Counted from the first letter of the stretch, positions 40,151 to 50,652 are shown. The stretch: DNA of 64,000 nt from Candidatus Magasanikiibacteriota bacterium (GCA_041678665.1 JBAYNU010000004.1:12863-76862); one strand, 5' to 3'. Numbers and translations are program-made. Notes: generated from the sequence alone by a model not told the origin.

Positions 40151-41095
40151 TTATACATCATTCAAACTTTTAATTGATTCGTTTTCATGCAATCGACGAA
40201 TACATTCAGCAAAGACATCAACCACAGAAACTATTTCGGTATTTTTTAATTTTTTATCATTTAAAGGAATAGTGTCGGTAAAAATAAATTTGGAAATCGG
40301 CGAAGCGTTGAGGTCGTTAATGGCGTTGCCACTAAGCACCGCATGGGTGGCGCAGGCTTCGACCGATAAAGCGCCGGCATTGCCGAGTAAAAATTCCGCG
40401 TCGCGAATGAGAGTGCGACCGCTGGCCACCTCATCGTCTATGAGCAAACATTTTTTGCCGGTTACTTCACCAATCACGCCTTTTATTTTTGGCTGTTCGT
40501 CATTACTATCACGGCGTTTATCCATAATCGCCACGGATAATTTTAATCCATCGGCGTAGAGTTTAAGGATCTTGGCCGCGCCCGCGTCGCCGGCTACTAA
40601 AACATAGTTGTCTAGGTTCCAGTTATTTTTTAAATGATTAATCATGGTGGGGGCAGCCACTAAGTGATCACAGGGTATGGAAAAAAATCCTTGAATTTGA
40701 TGTGAATGCATTTCCATCACTAACGCATGATCGGCGCCGGCGGTTTCAATCAAATCAGCTACGAGTCGCGCGGTAAGGCAAATTCTTTCTTGGTCTTTTT
40801 TGTCCGAACGCGCGTAGGGCAAGTAGGGCATCACGGCGGTAATACGCGCCGCCGATGCTCCTTTGAGCGCGCGGATCATCATAAGCATTTCCATTAAGTT
40901 AGCATCAACAGGTGAAGCGCTGGTTTGGACGATGTAAACATCGGCACCGCGCACCGGTTCGTCAATTTTTACGAAACGATTGTCGTTGCTAAAAGCAAAA
41001 GCGCGCGATTTACCCAAAGTAATCCCCAGATTTTGGCAGATATTTTGAGCGAATTGCTGATGGCTGTTGCCGGAAAAGATTTTGATATTATTCAT
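40151..41095 (-). CDS. prs: Ribose-phosphate pyrophosphokinase
   Basis: PRPP synthetase N/C domains, PRPP-binding loop. Confidence 0.9.
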   Translation of the reverse strand: MNNIKIFSGNSHQQFAQNICQNLGITLGKSRAFAFSNDNRFVKIDEPVRGADVYIVQTSASPVDANLMEMLMMIRALKGASAARITAVMPYLPYARSDKKDQERICLTARLVADLIETAGADHALVMEMHSHQIQGFFSIPCDHLVAAPTMINHLKNNWNLDNYVLVAGDAGAAKILKLYADGLKLSVAIMDKRRDSNDEQPKIKGVIGEVTGKKCLLIDDEVASGRTLIRDAEFLLGNAGALSVEACATHAVLSGNAINDLNASPISKFIFTDTIPLNDKKLKNTEIVSVVDVFAECIRRLHENESIKSLNDV

Positions 41096-41595
41096 ATGAT
41101 TTAGATGAATTAAGCATCATCATTGTAATACTTTTTCGCCCAGTATACAAGTAATAATAGAAAACCGAACAGGGAATGTTCGGCTTTAAGATGGGAACCA
41201 TTTAAGCGATAATTCGCCAAATGGTAATTGCGAGGATTGTTATAAAGAGCGAGGTAAGGCACAGTAGCATCTTGCGCCTTGTTTTTTTGGCGGCGCGGAT
41301 TTGAGCCGCTACGAAAGGATTGCCGAAATGAATCGGCAAGATAATTTCCTGATACTTCACTTGTCCTCCTTATTTTAATAAGAGGAACGCGAAAGAGAAT
41401 GCGGCTGCGGTGGTTCCGACAATGCAGAATATCAGCGTTTCGAAACCAGAAAAATTTAATAAGTTTTTCTGCAGAAAGAACATCTTTCCCCCCTATATTT
41501 GCCAGTTTATTTTGGCATGTTCAAATTAAAAAAGCCCATGATGGGCAATAGTATACTCTAAAATTAGCGTATTGTCAAGTTATATCTGTGGAAAA

Positions 41596-42672
41596 CTAAT
41601 TTAGCGACCAGTTAGGGTCGGCAGAGATTTTTTTCCAAGAAGTAAAATCTTTTTTTAGTGCTTGATAATATCCGGCTACCGCGATCATAGAGGCGTTGTC
41701 CATGGAGTATTGAGTGGAAGGAGTAAGGAATAAAGAGTGGGGAACAAGTGATTCAATTTGATTGGCGAGAGTGGCTCGGAGTTTTTTGTTGGCGGAGACG
41801 CCACCGGCGAGGATAATAGTTTTGGGTTTTAATTTTTGAGCGGCGCGGATGGTTTTGGCAACGAGCACATCAACAATGGCTTGTTCGAAAGAAGCGCAGA
41901 AGTCTTCTGAGCTTATAGCTTTTAGCTTATAGCTTTTAGGTGATGAATCGAGAGTGTGGTCGCGGAGCCAATAAAGAGCCGAAGTTTTGAGGCCGGCGAA
42001 AGAAAAGTCCCAGCCAAAGGCTGGTCCGCTTTTGGCGGAGAAATTCTCTTTTTTAAGCATTGGTCGCGGAAAATCGATCGCGTTGTTTTTTCCAGTTTCA
42101 GCCAGTTTGGAAATTTGTGGGCCACCGGGATAGGGGAGATCCAAAAGTTTAGCGACCTTATCAAAGCACTCACCGGCAGCATCATCGCGAGTTTGTCCGA
42201 TGATTTTATATTTTCCTTGTTTTTTGATATGAATTAATTCCGTGTGCCCGCCGGAAACCACCAACGCCAGAGCAGGGTATTGGATTTTTGTAATTTGAGA
42301 TTTTGAATTTGAAATTTCCACGGAGTGGATGTGTCCTTCAATGTGATTCACCGCGACCAGAGGAATATTCCAAGCGTATGATAAAGTCCGCGCGGCTTCC
42401 ACGCCCACAATGAGTCCGGTAATCAGTCCGGGGCCGGCAGTGACGGCGATGATATCAGGATGACTTTGGTCCTTTAGTACCTCCTCAATTAAGGGCACGA
42501 TTTTTTCCGCGTGCATCCGACCGGCGATTTCCGGAACCACCCCACCGTATTTTTTGTGAATTTCAATTTGCGAAGCGGTCAGTTCCTTAATAACAAAACA
42601 GCCCTGCTCGGAACAATCCAGTAGGGCCACCGAAGTATCATCGCATGATGATTCAATGCCTAGTACAAGCAT
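41596..42672 (-). CDS. tsaD: tRNA N6-adenosine threonylcarbamoyltransferase TsaD (Kae1/YgjD family)
   Basis: MLVLGIESSCDDTSVALL, HxEGH metal site (NHIEGHIHS). In-frame repeat C3 (peptide SYKLKAISS). Confidence 0.9.
   Translation of the reverse strand: MLVLGIESSCDDTSVALLDCSEQGCFVIKELTASQIEIHKKYGGVVPEIAGRMHAEKIVPLIEEVLKDQSHPDIIAVTAGPGLITGLIVGVEAARTLSYAWNIPLVAVNHIEGHIHSVEISNSKSQITKIQYPALALVVSGGHTELIHIKKQGKYKIIGQTRDDAAGECFDKVAKLLDLPYPGGPQISKLAETGKNNAIDFPRPMLKKENFSAKSGPAFGWDFSFAGLKTSALYWLRDHTLDSSPKSYKLKAISSEDFCASFEQAIVDVLVAKTIRAAQKLKPKTIILAGGVSANKKLRATLANQIESLVPHSLFLTPSTQYSMDNASMIAVAGYYQALKKDFTSWKKISADPNWSLN
41909..41940. repeat. Repeat family C copy C3, in frame in tsaD
   Basis: gagcttatagcttttagcttatagcttttagg. 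Confidence 0.55.
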
Positions 42673-42709
42673 ATACGCTAGAGTTATACCCTACACCAAA
42701 AAGTATCTG

Positions 42710-42783
42710 TGTCAGGGGGGAGACTCGAACTCCCGACCTCCGGGTTATGAATCCAGTGCTCTAACCGGCTGAGCTACCCTGAC
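42710..42783 (-). tRNA. tRNA with CAT anticodon (Met or lysidine-Ile)
   Basis: Acceptor GTCAGGG/CCCTGAC, D-arm GCTC..GAGC, anticodon loop TTCATAA, T-arm GGGAG-TTCGAGT-CTCCC. Confidence 0.75.
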
Positions 42784-42862
42784 AAACCGCACCTATTATA
42801 TCAAAAATATGGTAAAAGTCAATATGTCCAAATAGGGTTGGACGTGTTATAATATAATAAAT

Positions 42863-44767
42863 ATGGGTGAGACATTTATTAAACTTATTGGAGACATAAC
42901 GCGCATTAAAGCCATTGTGTATTTAATGGTTGTTTTTGGGTTGATTTATCTGGGTACTAACTATTTTTTACTTTGGCCAGCCGCTACTTTGCCCATGTTA
43001 AATTGGGAAAAAAATGTTCCTTTTTTAGCTTGGACGGTCATTTTTTATTATCTTACTTATTTTCAAGCAGGGGCCATACTTTTATTAGTAAATAAATCTG
43101 ATTTACGAAAGGTTTTAATGGCTTTAATCGGATTAATAGTATTGCATGGTTTGGTTTTTTTGTTTTTTCCTACCGTTTACCCGCGTCCGGTTTTCGAGTC
43201 AACGCATACTGTTTGGACAAGCTTATATGGCGTTTTAATTTATTTTGATCATCCTCTTAATTGTTTTCCTTCGCTTCATGTGGCGACGTCTGTGCTGGTA
43301 ACATTAATTTTTTGGCGAATGAAAAAATCATGGGGCGCATGGTCATTGATTTGTACCCTGTTGGTTATTATTTCCACTCTTACCCTCAAACAGCATTATG
43401 TGGTAGATATTGTAGGTGGTTTAATTACTGCCAGCGGTGTTTATTATTTTTTTAAGACTCGTTCCATAAAAATAATGCCGGTTATTTTTTTGGTAATTTT
43501 TTCCTTGCTGATTTTTACACCTATTCTGGTTTCGGCTGATTCCACTCAAGCTCAATTAGAGGCGGAGCTGAAAGATATTGAAAGACAAATTGCCGAATAT
43601 ACCGTGGAACTTGGCAAGACGCAAACCGAAAAGACCACTTTAGCCAATAAAATTAAACAATTGCAATCTCAACAAAAAAGTTTGACGTTGCAGGTGAAAG
43701 CTACCGCGCTTAAGTTGTCGGATATCGGTAGTCAGATTACGGAAAGAGAAAAAAGTATTAAATCCAATTTAACTAAAGAACAGCAATTAAATAATGATAT
43801 TGCAGTGGTATTGCGTCAAATTAATGCCGTTGATAACAACATTCTATTGGCACTCGTGGCGGCTGATGGCCTATCGGAAGTTTTTAATCAAGTTCAAAAT
43901 TATGTTGCTTTAACCGATGCGATTATAATATTACAGAAGCAAAATAAAATTATTCGTACTAATTTAATTACCGAACAAACCATATTAGAGGGGCAGAAAG
44001 ACGAAGCCAATGATTTGCTTAAAATAAAATCTATTCAACAGCAAAGTTTAAATAGTTCCATTAGCCAGCAAAATCAATTGTTGACTGCGACCAAAGGCAA
44101 AGAGAGTAATTACCAAACCATCCTTAGCGACCGTAAAAACCGCGCCGCCGCGATTCGTAGCCGAATTTATGAGCTGTTTAACACTGGTAGTCAAATTAAT
44201 TTTGGTCAAGCGGTAGAAATTGCCAAATGGGCGGGTGGGATCACTGGTATGAGAACTGAGTTTTTGCTTGCCATCTTGACACAGGAGTCAAATTTGGGTA
44301 AAAATGTTGGTACTTGTAATCGGAGTGGTGACCCACCAGAAAAAGGTTGGCAGGTGATAATGAAACCAACTCGCGATCAGGAGCCGTTTAAAAAAATTAT
44401 TGAAGAATTGGGGCTGAATATTGATACGACCCCAGTGTCGTGTCCGATGAAAGATAAAAATGGCAATCAAGTGGGTTGGGGCGGGGCGATGGGGCCGGCG
44501 CAATTTATTCCTTCTACTTGGATGGGGTATAAAAATAAGGTTACCGCTATTACCGGTAAAAGCACCGCTAATCCTTGGGATATTCGCGATGCATTTTTGG
44601 CGGCGGCGATTAAGTTAAAAGGAGACGGCGCCAACGGCACCGATGACGGCGAGTGGAAGGCGGCGATGCGCTATTTCGCCGGTTCGGTAAATTTAAAGTA
44701 TCGTTTTTATGGTGATAATGTAATGACGCTGGCGAAACAGTATCGCACGGACATTGCTGATTTATAA
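42863..44767 (+). CDS. Polytopic PAP2-like membrane domain fused to a long coiled coil and a C-terminal lytic-transglycosylase-like domain
   Basis: PAP2 motifs FPSLHVATS and LKQHYVVDIVGG; about 200-aa heptad region; SLT-like TQESNLG...GAMGPAQFIPSTW. Confidence 0.6.
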   Translation: MGETFIKLIGDITRIKAIVYLMVVFGLIYLGTNYFLLWPAATLPMLNWEKNVPFLAWTVIFYYLTYFQAGAILLLVNKSDLRKVLMALIGLIVLHGLVFLFFPTVYPRPVFESTHTVWTSLYGVLIYFDHPLNCFPSLHVATSVLVTLIFWRMKKSWGAWSLICTLLVIISTLTLKQHYVVDIVGGLITASGVYYFFKTRSIKIMPVIFLVIFSLLIFTPILVSADSTQAQLEAELKDIERQIAEYTVELGKTQTEKTTLANKIKQLQSQQKSLTLQVKATALKLSDIGSQITEREKSIKSNLTKEQQLNNDIAVVLRQINAVDNNILLALVAADGLSEVFNQVQNYVALTDAIIILQKQNKIIRTNLITEQTILEGQKDEANDLLKIKSIQQQSLNSSISQQNQLLTATKGKESNYQTILSDRKNRAAAIRSRIYELFNTGSQINFGQAVEIAKWAGGITGMRTEFLLAILTQESNLGKNVGTCNRSGDPPEKGWQVIMKPTRDQEPFKKIIEELGLNIDTTPVSCPMKDKNGNQVGWGGAMGPAQFIPSTWMGYKNKVTAITGKSTANPWDIRDAFLAAAIKLKGDGANGTDDGEWKAAMRYFAGSVNLKYRFYGDNVMTLAKQYRTDIADL

Positions 44768-44777
44768 AGTATAAAGT

Positions 44778-46712
44778 ATGAAAGGAATTTTGGCGAGCAC
44801 CAAATCTTTCTTTGTTTGGGTAAACAAATTTTTGCGTCCGTATTTATCGGCTTATTGGCTGTCAATTTTGCTTATTCTTATTTTTGTTTTACAAAATCAT
44901 TTTTTTAATTTTTGGTTGGGTATTTTTCCCGGTCACCACATTATTCGCCGCACTGTGGTGACTATCGCTTTGGGGTTGTTTTTATTTGGCGCGCCGGCAT
45001 TGTTTAATTTTCGATTGAAATATTTGATTCTAAGCGCGATTTCTTTTTTTGTTTCTTTGATTTTTATCGTTCAGTTTCTTTATTATTCTTATTCCGGCGG
45101 TTTTTTACAGGCTTCGGCGTTACTTTACTTGGGACAAGGGGCTACTCTATTTGGCACGGTAAAGATTTTGCTTGATTATCGGTTGTTGTTTTTTGCAGTT
45201 GGTCCGTTAGCCGTACTAGCGACCTTGATTTTTTCTTGTCGGGGATACATGGTAGAAAAAGTGGTTTTGAAAAAAGAAAAATTAATTGCCGGTGGGTTTA
45301 TTATTTTGTTTACTATTTTAGGTTATGGTTATTTATTTTTTCGAGAATACACGGAGGCGGGGAATGTCACCCATATTTATGCCTACAATAAGCTTTATGA
45401 TGTGAATGCTTTGGTAAGCAAGCTGGGGGTAATTAATTTTTCTTTTGGTGATGTTTTGGCTTTTGGGTTACGCGTCGATGAGGTAACCGCTTCGGACGCG
45501 GGTTTGGTAGAAGCTTGGATTAAACAGCGTCCGGCGACCGCAATAAATAAAAATAATTTTGGGATTGCTCAAAAAAGAAATTTGATTTTAATTCAAGTGG
45601 AATCTTTGGAAAACGCGGTGATTGGTAAGCAGGTTGCCGGCCAAGAGATTACTCCTTATCTGAATAAATTAGTTGAAGCTGGTTTGTATTTTTCTAATTT
45701 TTACGCCCCGATCGGTCCCGGCACTACCGCCGATACGGAATTTTCGGTATTAAATTCTCTTTATCCCTTACCTAATACGGTTGCTTTTATTGATTATGCT
45801 TATAATCATTATTTGGCTTTACCGAGTTTGCTCAAAAATAATGGTTACCACACCTATGCCTTGCATGGTGACGTGGCTAGTTTTTGGAATCGCGCCAATA
45901 TTTATCCTCAGTTGGGGTATGAACATTGGTTGAGCAGACAAGATTTTGTAACGCCACGTGAGATTGGAGTATATGGTTTGGGAGATCAAGATTTTTTTAA
46001 TCAATCCATTTCCAAGCTCCAGTCTTTTCCTCAGCCTTTTATGGCGACTTTGATTACTTTAACTTCTCATACTCCATTTAATTTACCGGCAGATTTGGTG
46101 AGTTTGAACAGCGCGGAAGTTAATAATTTGGATTGGTTGCAGAAGCAATATTTACAAAGTATTAACTATGTGGATAAGGCTATCGGTGAATTTATTGCGA
46201 ATTTAAAAACAGCCGGTTTGTATGATAATTCTTTAATATTTATTTACGGCGACCACACCAGTTTTACCAATATTAGCAAAGCTTTGGAGGTCAACGACGC
46301 TGTCTTTGGTGATTTACAATATACGAAAGTGCCACTGATAATTTTGGCGCCGGGCGTTGATTTAAAAGGCATTAATTCTAAGCCGGCTAGTCAAGTAGAT
46401 ATTTATCCGACAGCGGCCAATTTACTTGGCGCAGAGATCCCGGTTACTATTTTTGGTCGTGATCTTATGGCCGATACAGACGGATTGGTAATACATCGTA
46501 ATTTAGTGTCTGGTACTGTTAAAAGCGTTTTAACCGATAATTTAGCTTATCATTCCAGCGGTGATGGAATATTTGAAAAAGGCAATTGTTTGGATGTTTT
46601 CGATAAAAAAGTGTTAGCAGTAGAAAATTGTCGGGCGTTGTATGATCAAGCGGTACAGGCGGTGATGGTCTCGGATTTAATGATAAAAGGTGATATAATA
46701 ATTACTCATTAA
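44778..46712 (+). CDS. LtaS-like membrane sulfatase-family phosphoglycerol transferase (5 TM + extracellular alkaline-phosphatase-superfamily domain)
   Basis: N-terminal TM bundle, sulfatase domain starting NLILIQVESLE, metal-binding-like segments. Confidence 0.65.
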   Translation: MKGILASTKSFFVWVNKFLRPYLSAYWLSILLILIFVLQNHFFNFWLGIFPGHHIIRRTVVTIALGLFLFGAPALFNFRLKYLILSAISFFVSLIFIVQFLYYSYSGGFLQASALLYLGQGATLFGTVKILLDYRLLFFAVGPLAVLATLIFSCRGYMVEKVVLKKEKLIAGGFIILFTILGYGYLFFREYTEAGNVTHIYAYNKLYDVNALVSKLGVINFSFGDVLAFGLRVDEVTASDAGLVEAWIKQRPATAINKNNFGIAQKRNLILIQVESLENAVIGKQVAGQEITPYLNKLVEAGLYFSNFYAPIGPGTTADTEFSVLNSLYPLPNTVAFIDYAYNHYLALPSLLKNNGYHTYALHGDVASFWNRANIYPQLGYEHWLSRQDFVTPREIGVYGLGDQDFFNQSISKLQSFPQPFMATLITLTSHTPFNLPADLVSLNSAEVNNLDWLQKQYLQSINYVDKAIGEFIANLKTAGLYDNSLIFIYGDHTSFTNISKALEVNDAVFGDLQYTKVPLIILAPGVDLKGINSKPASQVDIYPTAANLLGAEIPVTIFGRDLMADTDGLVIHRNLVSGTVKSVLTDNLAYHSSGDGIFEKGNCLDVFDKKVLAVENCRALYDQAVQAVMVSDLMIKGDIIITH

Positions 46713-46738
46713 TTTTTTAGTAGTTTATTAAGTATTTT

Positions 46739-47659
46739 ATGTCAGCACAAGCGGAGTTATTTGCAGTGTTTGCAATAGTAGTAGTGGGTTTTTTGGTAGT
46801 GGATTTAGGTTATTTTAATCGGAAAAGTCACAAAGTTAGTTTTAAAGCGGCTTTGTGGCAATCGTTATTTTGGATTGCCGTTTCCGTGGTTTTTTCTTTT
46901 CTCATTTTTTTGTTCATGAGTAAAGAATTGGCGGCGGAGTTTCTGAGCGCGTATGTTACCGAAAAGATGTTGTCAGTGGATAATTTGTTTGTTATCATGC
47001 TGATTTTTAGTTATTTTAAATTGGAAGAAAAATATCATCACCGCGCGTTATTTTGGGGTATTATGGGGGCGATTGTTTTTCGCGGGGTTTTTATTTCCGC
47101 CGGCGCTTATATTATTCACCAATTTTATTGGGTGCTTTACATTTTTGGCGTTATTCTTATTTATACCGCCATCAAACTTTTGCGCGATAAAAAAGAAGAG
47201 CATATCAATTTTCAGCATAATAAAGTTGTTCGCTTGGCGCATAAATTTTTGCCGTTTACCGCCAGTCACCACAATGGTAAATTCTTTTTTAAGGAAAATG
47301 GCAAATTTTATTTTACCTCGCTATTTTTGGTGGTATTGCTCGTGGAAGCCAGTGATATTATTTTTGCGGTTGATTCCATTCCAGCCGTGTTTGCCATCTC
47401 GCAAAATCTATTTATCGTTTTTACTTCCAATATTTTTGCCATCATGGGTCTGAGAGCGTTGTTTTTTCTGATTGAGAATGTTTTGCATCGTTTTCATCAT
47501 CTGCAAAAAGGTTTGTCGTTTATTTTATTTTTTATCGGCGCCAAAATGCTCTCCGGTATTATCGGTTTACATATTTCATCTTTAGTTTCTTTTAGTATTA
47601 TTATGCTGGCTTTGAGCGCGTCGATTATTTTGTCAATTATTTTTCCTAAGAAAATTTAA
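46739..47659 (+). CDS. TerC family integral membrane protein
   Basis: LSVDNLFVIMLIF and AVDSIPAVFAIS TerC repeats. Confidence 0.8.
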   Translation: MSAQAELFAVFAIVVVGFLVVDLGYFNRKSHKVSFKAALWQSLFWIAVSVVFSFLIFLFMSKELAAEFLSAYVTEKMLSVDNLFVIMLIFSYFKLEEKYHHRALFWGIMGAIVFRGVFISAGAYIIHQFYWVLYIFGVILIYTAIKLLRDKKEEHINFQHNKVVRLAHKFLPFTASHHNGKFFFKENGKFYFTSLFLVVLLVEASDIIFAVDSIPAVFAISQNLFIVFTSNIFAIMGLRALFFLIENVLHRFHHLQKGLSFILFFIGAKMLSGIIGLHISSLVSFSIIMLALSASIILSIIFPKKI

Positions 47660-47669
47660 TCTTTATTTT

Positions 47670-48104
47670 ATGCTTTTTAAAAAAGTTTATCATCTCGGTG
47701 ATAAGTTGGAAGATAAAGTGCGTGGCCGACTTAGTCACTATCCTATTATCTACGCGTTTGTCGGGGGAGCGGGAGTAATTATTTTTTGGCGCGGTATTTG
47801 GCATTCGGTCGATCTTTTGACACGGTTTTTTTGGCTAGGCGAGCTTAATATTGCCGATTTACCATGGTGGGATGGACCAGTATCAGTAGCGATTGGCGTG
47901 TTTTTGCTTTTGATTACCGGATTATTCGTTTCGAGCTTTATCGGCAATGAAATAATAATTTCTGGTCTTAAAGGTGAAAAACGAGTGGCGGAAAAAACTG
48001 CTCAAGAAATAAAAGAGGATATTGCCATGGATGTGAGAACCGAGCAGGAATTAGAGAAGATATTTGAACGTTTGGAAAAAATTGAGCAAGATATTAAGAA
48101 ATAG
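47670..48104 (+). CDS. Hypothetical membrane protein with C-terminal coiled coil
   Basis: 2 TM plus acidic C-terminus. Confidence 0.5.
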   Translation: MLFKKVYHLGDKLEDKVRGRLSHYPIIYAFVGGAGVIIFWRGIWHSVDLLTRFFWLGELNIADLPWWDGPVSVAIGVFLLLITGLFVSSFIGNEIIISGLKGEKRVAEKTAQEIKEDIAMDVRTEQELEKIFERLEKIEQDIKK

Positions 48105-48127
48105 GCGAAGATAATGAAAATACTTTA

Positions 48128-48955
48128 CTATTTAGTAGAGTATTTTTTAGTAGATAATTTTTGGATAATCATTTTTTCGTGATTGTGCGCCAGCTTGGCA
48201 ACTACTCCCAAATTTGGCGCGGCAATCTGGGAATGTCCAATGAGAGTATCTTTGGCGCCATCGGAATATTGGATAACATCGCTCGCGTTGGCATAAACCA
48301 AGATTATGTTATTCTCTTTGGCGCGCGCCAAGCAGAGTTTATCTACGCGATTTTCTTCGGCATCGGGATTGCGCTTAAGTCTGGCGCCGGCGATTTCTTT
48401 GTACCAATAGCTTGGGCAATACACGATTTGCACGTCCAGCGCTTTCATACGTTGAAAAATTTCCGGAAACATAATATCCCAGCAAATAATCAGCCCGGCT
48501 TTGCCGTATTTTGTATCAAATACAGATATTTTCGTTTCGGGAGTTAAGAATTTTTTTTCCGAAAGGTATAGGTGGTTTTTGTGGTATGTTCCCAAAACTT
48601 TTCCAGTTGAGTCTACGTAATTGGTAGTGCTAAATGCGCCACGGGGAGTGTCTTCCATCCACGAACCGCAGACAATATCAATACTGTATTTTTTGGCCAG
48701 TTTTTGAAATTGGTTTAAGAAGTGATGATTACGGTCCAAGTAGCGCCGGTCGCCAAAAATAGAACCGGTCATAAAATCTTCCGGGAAGACAATGACATTA
48801 GCATTGTTTTGTGATGATTGTTTAATAAAAGATTCCGCGCGTTTTAGATTTATTTCCGGTTTGAGATGGGCGACAGAAAACTGGACGACGGCGATTTTTA
48901 AAGTATTTTTCATGTTACCTTGGTTATTTATCGGGTTCATACTATCACAAACCAA
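48128..48955 (-). CDS. Carbon-nitrogen hydrolase (nitrilase superfamily)
   Basis: E-K-C triad context: VIVFPEDF, ...K..., LIICWDIMFPE. Confidence 0.75.
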   Translation of the reverse strand: MVCDSMNPINNQGNMKNTLKIAVVQFSVAHLKPEINLKRAESFIKQSSQNNANVIVFPEDFMTGSIFGDRRYLDRNHHFLNQFQKLAKKYSIDIVCGSWMEDTPRGAFSTTNYVDSTGKVLGTYHKNHLYLSEKKFLTPETKISVFDTKYGKAGLIICWDIMFPEIFQRMKALDVQIVYCPSYWYKEIAGARLKRNPDAEENRVDKLCLARAKENNIILVYANASDVIQYSDGAKDTLIGHSQIAAPNLGVVAKLAHNHEKMIIQKLSTKKYSTK

Positions 48956-49063
48956 ACTATATGGGAAGTTCAGTGATTGGTAATATAAAATTTATCTGCT
49001 TAATAAAGAAACGCCACAAACCAAAAGGTTGATGGCGCACATTGTCGTGTCCACCCCGTTCGT

Positions 49064-49423
49064 TTAGCGGGGAATGGACAATGTTGGTTTAAATATTTTA
49101 CAGGCGCATCCCAATCGCGCCTGCTGCCGACAAAGCTTGTTATATTGTCGCGCTGCCTTCTCGGCCATCATTTTCTTATCCTCCTTTATGGCGAGTCGTT
49201 TAGCGCAATGACTCGCGTTGTAGTCATTGTTTTCATATGTTTCGCAGGTGCGTTGATACCGTGTTTCGGCTTGCCGAGCGGCAATCAATAGGCTATTTAC
49301 GTTTTCCTGCGATTTCACCATGCGCATACACTGGCAACCACGTTCATTGTATTTACCATGATTGCACGTTATCAAAAGCACAGCGAGGCAGATCAAAATC
49401 ATGATCAAACCTATTTTTTTCAT
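49064..49423 (-). CDS. Secreted Cys-rich hypothetical protein (signal peptide/lipobox-like LITC)
   Basis: N-terminal signal; 8 Cys. Confidence 0.45.
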   Translation of the reverse strand: MKKIGLIMILICLAVLLITCNHGKYNERGCQCMRMVKSQENVNSLLIAARQAETRYQRTCETYENNDYNASHCAKRLAIKEDKKMMAEKAARQYNKLCRQQARLGCACKIFKPTLSIPR

Positions 49424-49557
49424 GATAATCTCTCCTTTTTTTGAAGCGAAATGTTTGTTCTTCTTAATTTTAATTATACACGGAAAATGTTATTTGTCAA
49501 GTAGTTTGGCTTGAATAAAAATAATGAATAAGGTAATATAAATGTTGTAAAACTACT

Positions 49558-50652
49558 ATGAAAGAGGAACAAAGAAAGGTATTAATTTTATATACCGGCG
49601 GCACAATCGGTATGCGTTCCAAACCAGGCGGTGGCGGTTTGGCTCCCGAAAGCATGGAAGATTTGCAGAAAAACATCCCTCAAATTGAAGGGTTGCCTTA
49701 TGATATTGAATGGCAGGAATGTAAATACGAGGGGAAATTTATAGATTCTTCTTTTGCCGGTCCAAAAATGTGGAATGTATTGGGGGAAAAGATAATGAAG
49801 AATTATGACAAATGTGACGGCATGGTGGTGGTGTTTGGCACTGATACCATGGGTCCATCGGCCACTGCGCTTTCATACCATCTGGAAGGGCTTAAAAAGC
49901 CGGTTATTTTCACCGGGTCAATGAAGCCGGCAGTTGATGAGGATTCTGATGGGCCGAAAAACATGGTGGACGCAATCAGGTTGGCTGGGGAATCAGGACG
50001 CTCAATTCCGTCAATTGAAGGCGTGAGTATTTGTTTTTTTGGTAAACTTACTAATCCAGCGGATACTTTCAAAATAAGTGCTCAGGCACTTGATGCTATG
50101 GGCCTTTTTAAAGATAAAAACCCTTTAGCAACCATAAATGACGATGAGATTATAGTTGGTAATATACAAGAAAAAAATAATTTGCAATCAGAGGCGAGAT
50201 ATTTACCCAAGACAGATAAAAGAGTCGCCGAATTGAATGTGGGTTTCAGGAAAATGTTTAGGGACGAAGAGAGCCTGGTCGTAAGAGCAGAAGGCGTGGA
50301 TGGAATACTATTGTATAATTTACAGGAAGACACCATGTACCCCGAAAAATTACAAGCATTTTATGATGGCATAGAGAAACAGTATTCTAATAAGGTAATT
50401 TTTTTTATGGGAGATAATCTTCCCAATAAAAGATGGGTGAAATTAAAGTGCTCCACTAATAATCATGAACATATAAATGCTGTCTTAAAAGCCGAGTATA
50501 TATTACAGCGAACCAGCAATCTTGAAGAAATTAAGAAATTGGCGGAGTCCAATTTAAGGGGTGAATCGGAAGGGCCAATAGTAAACGAAACCGAGATTCT
50601 AAAATGGATGGAAGCGAATAGAGAAGTGCAAGGAGCAAAGGATAGAAGATAA
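49558..50652 (+). CDS. L-asparaginase/glutaminase family protein (type I-like)
   Basis: ILYTGGTIGM and VVVFGTDTMGPSA catalytic motifs. Confidence 0.75.
   Translation: MKEEQRKVLILYTGGTIGMRSKPGGGGLAPESMEDLQKNIPQIEGLPYDIEWQECKYEGKFIDSSFAGPKMWNVLGEKIMKNYDKCDGMVVVFGTDTMGPSATALSYHLEGLKKPVIFTGSMKPAVDEDSDGPKNMVDAIRLAGESGRSIPSIEGVSICFFGKLTNPADTFKISAQALDAMGLFKDKNPLATINDDEIIVGNIQEKNNLQSEARYLPKTDKRVAELNVGFRKMFRDEESLVVRAEGVDGILLYNLQEDTMYPEKLQAFYDGIEKQYSNKVIFFMGDNLPNKRWVKLKCSTNNHEHINAVLKAEYILQRTSNLEEIKKLAESNLRGESEGPIVNETEILKWMEANREVQGAKDRR

Noticed and set aside
40053-40559. 168-aa plus-strand ORF
   Set aside because: It overlaps the prs gene antisense and starts inside repeat A7. It is a shadow ORF.
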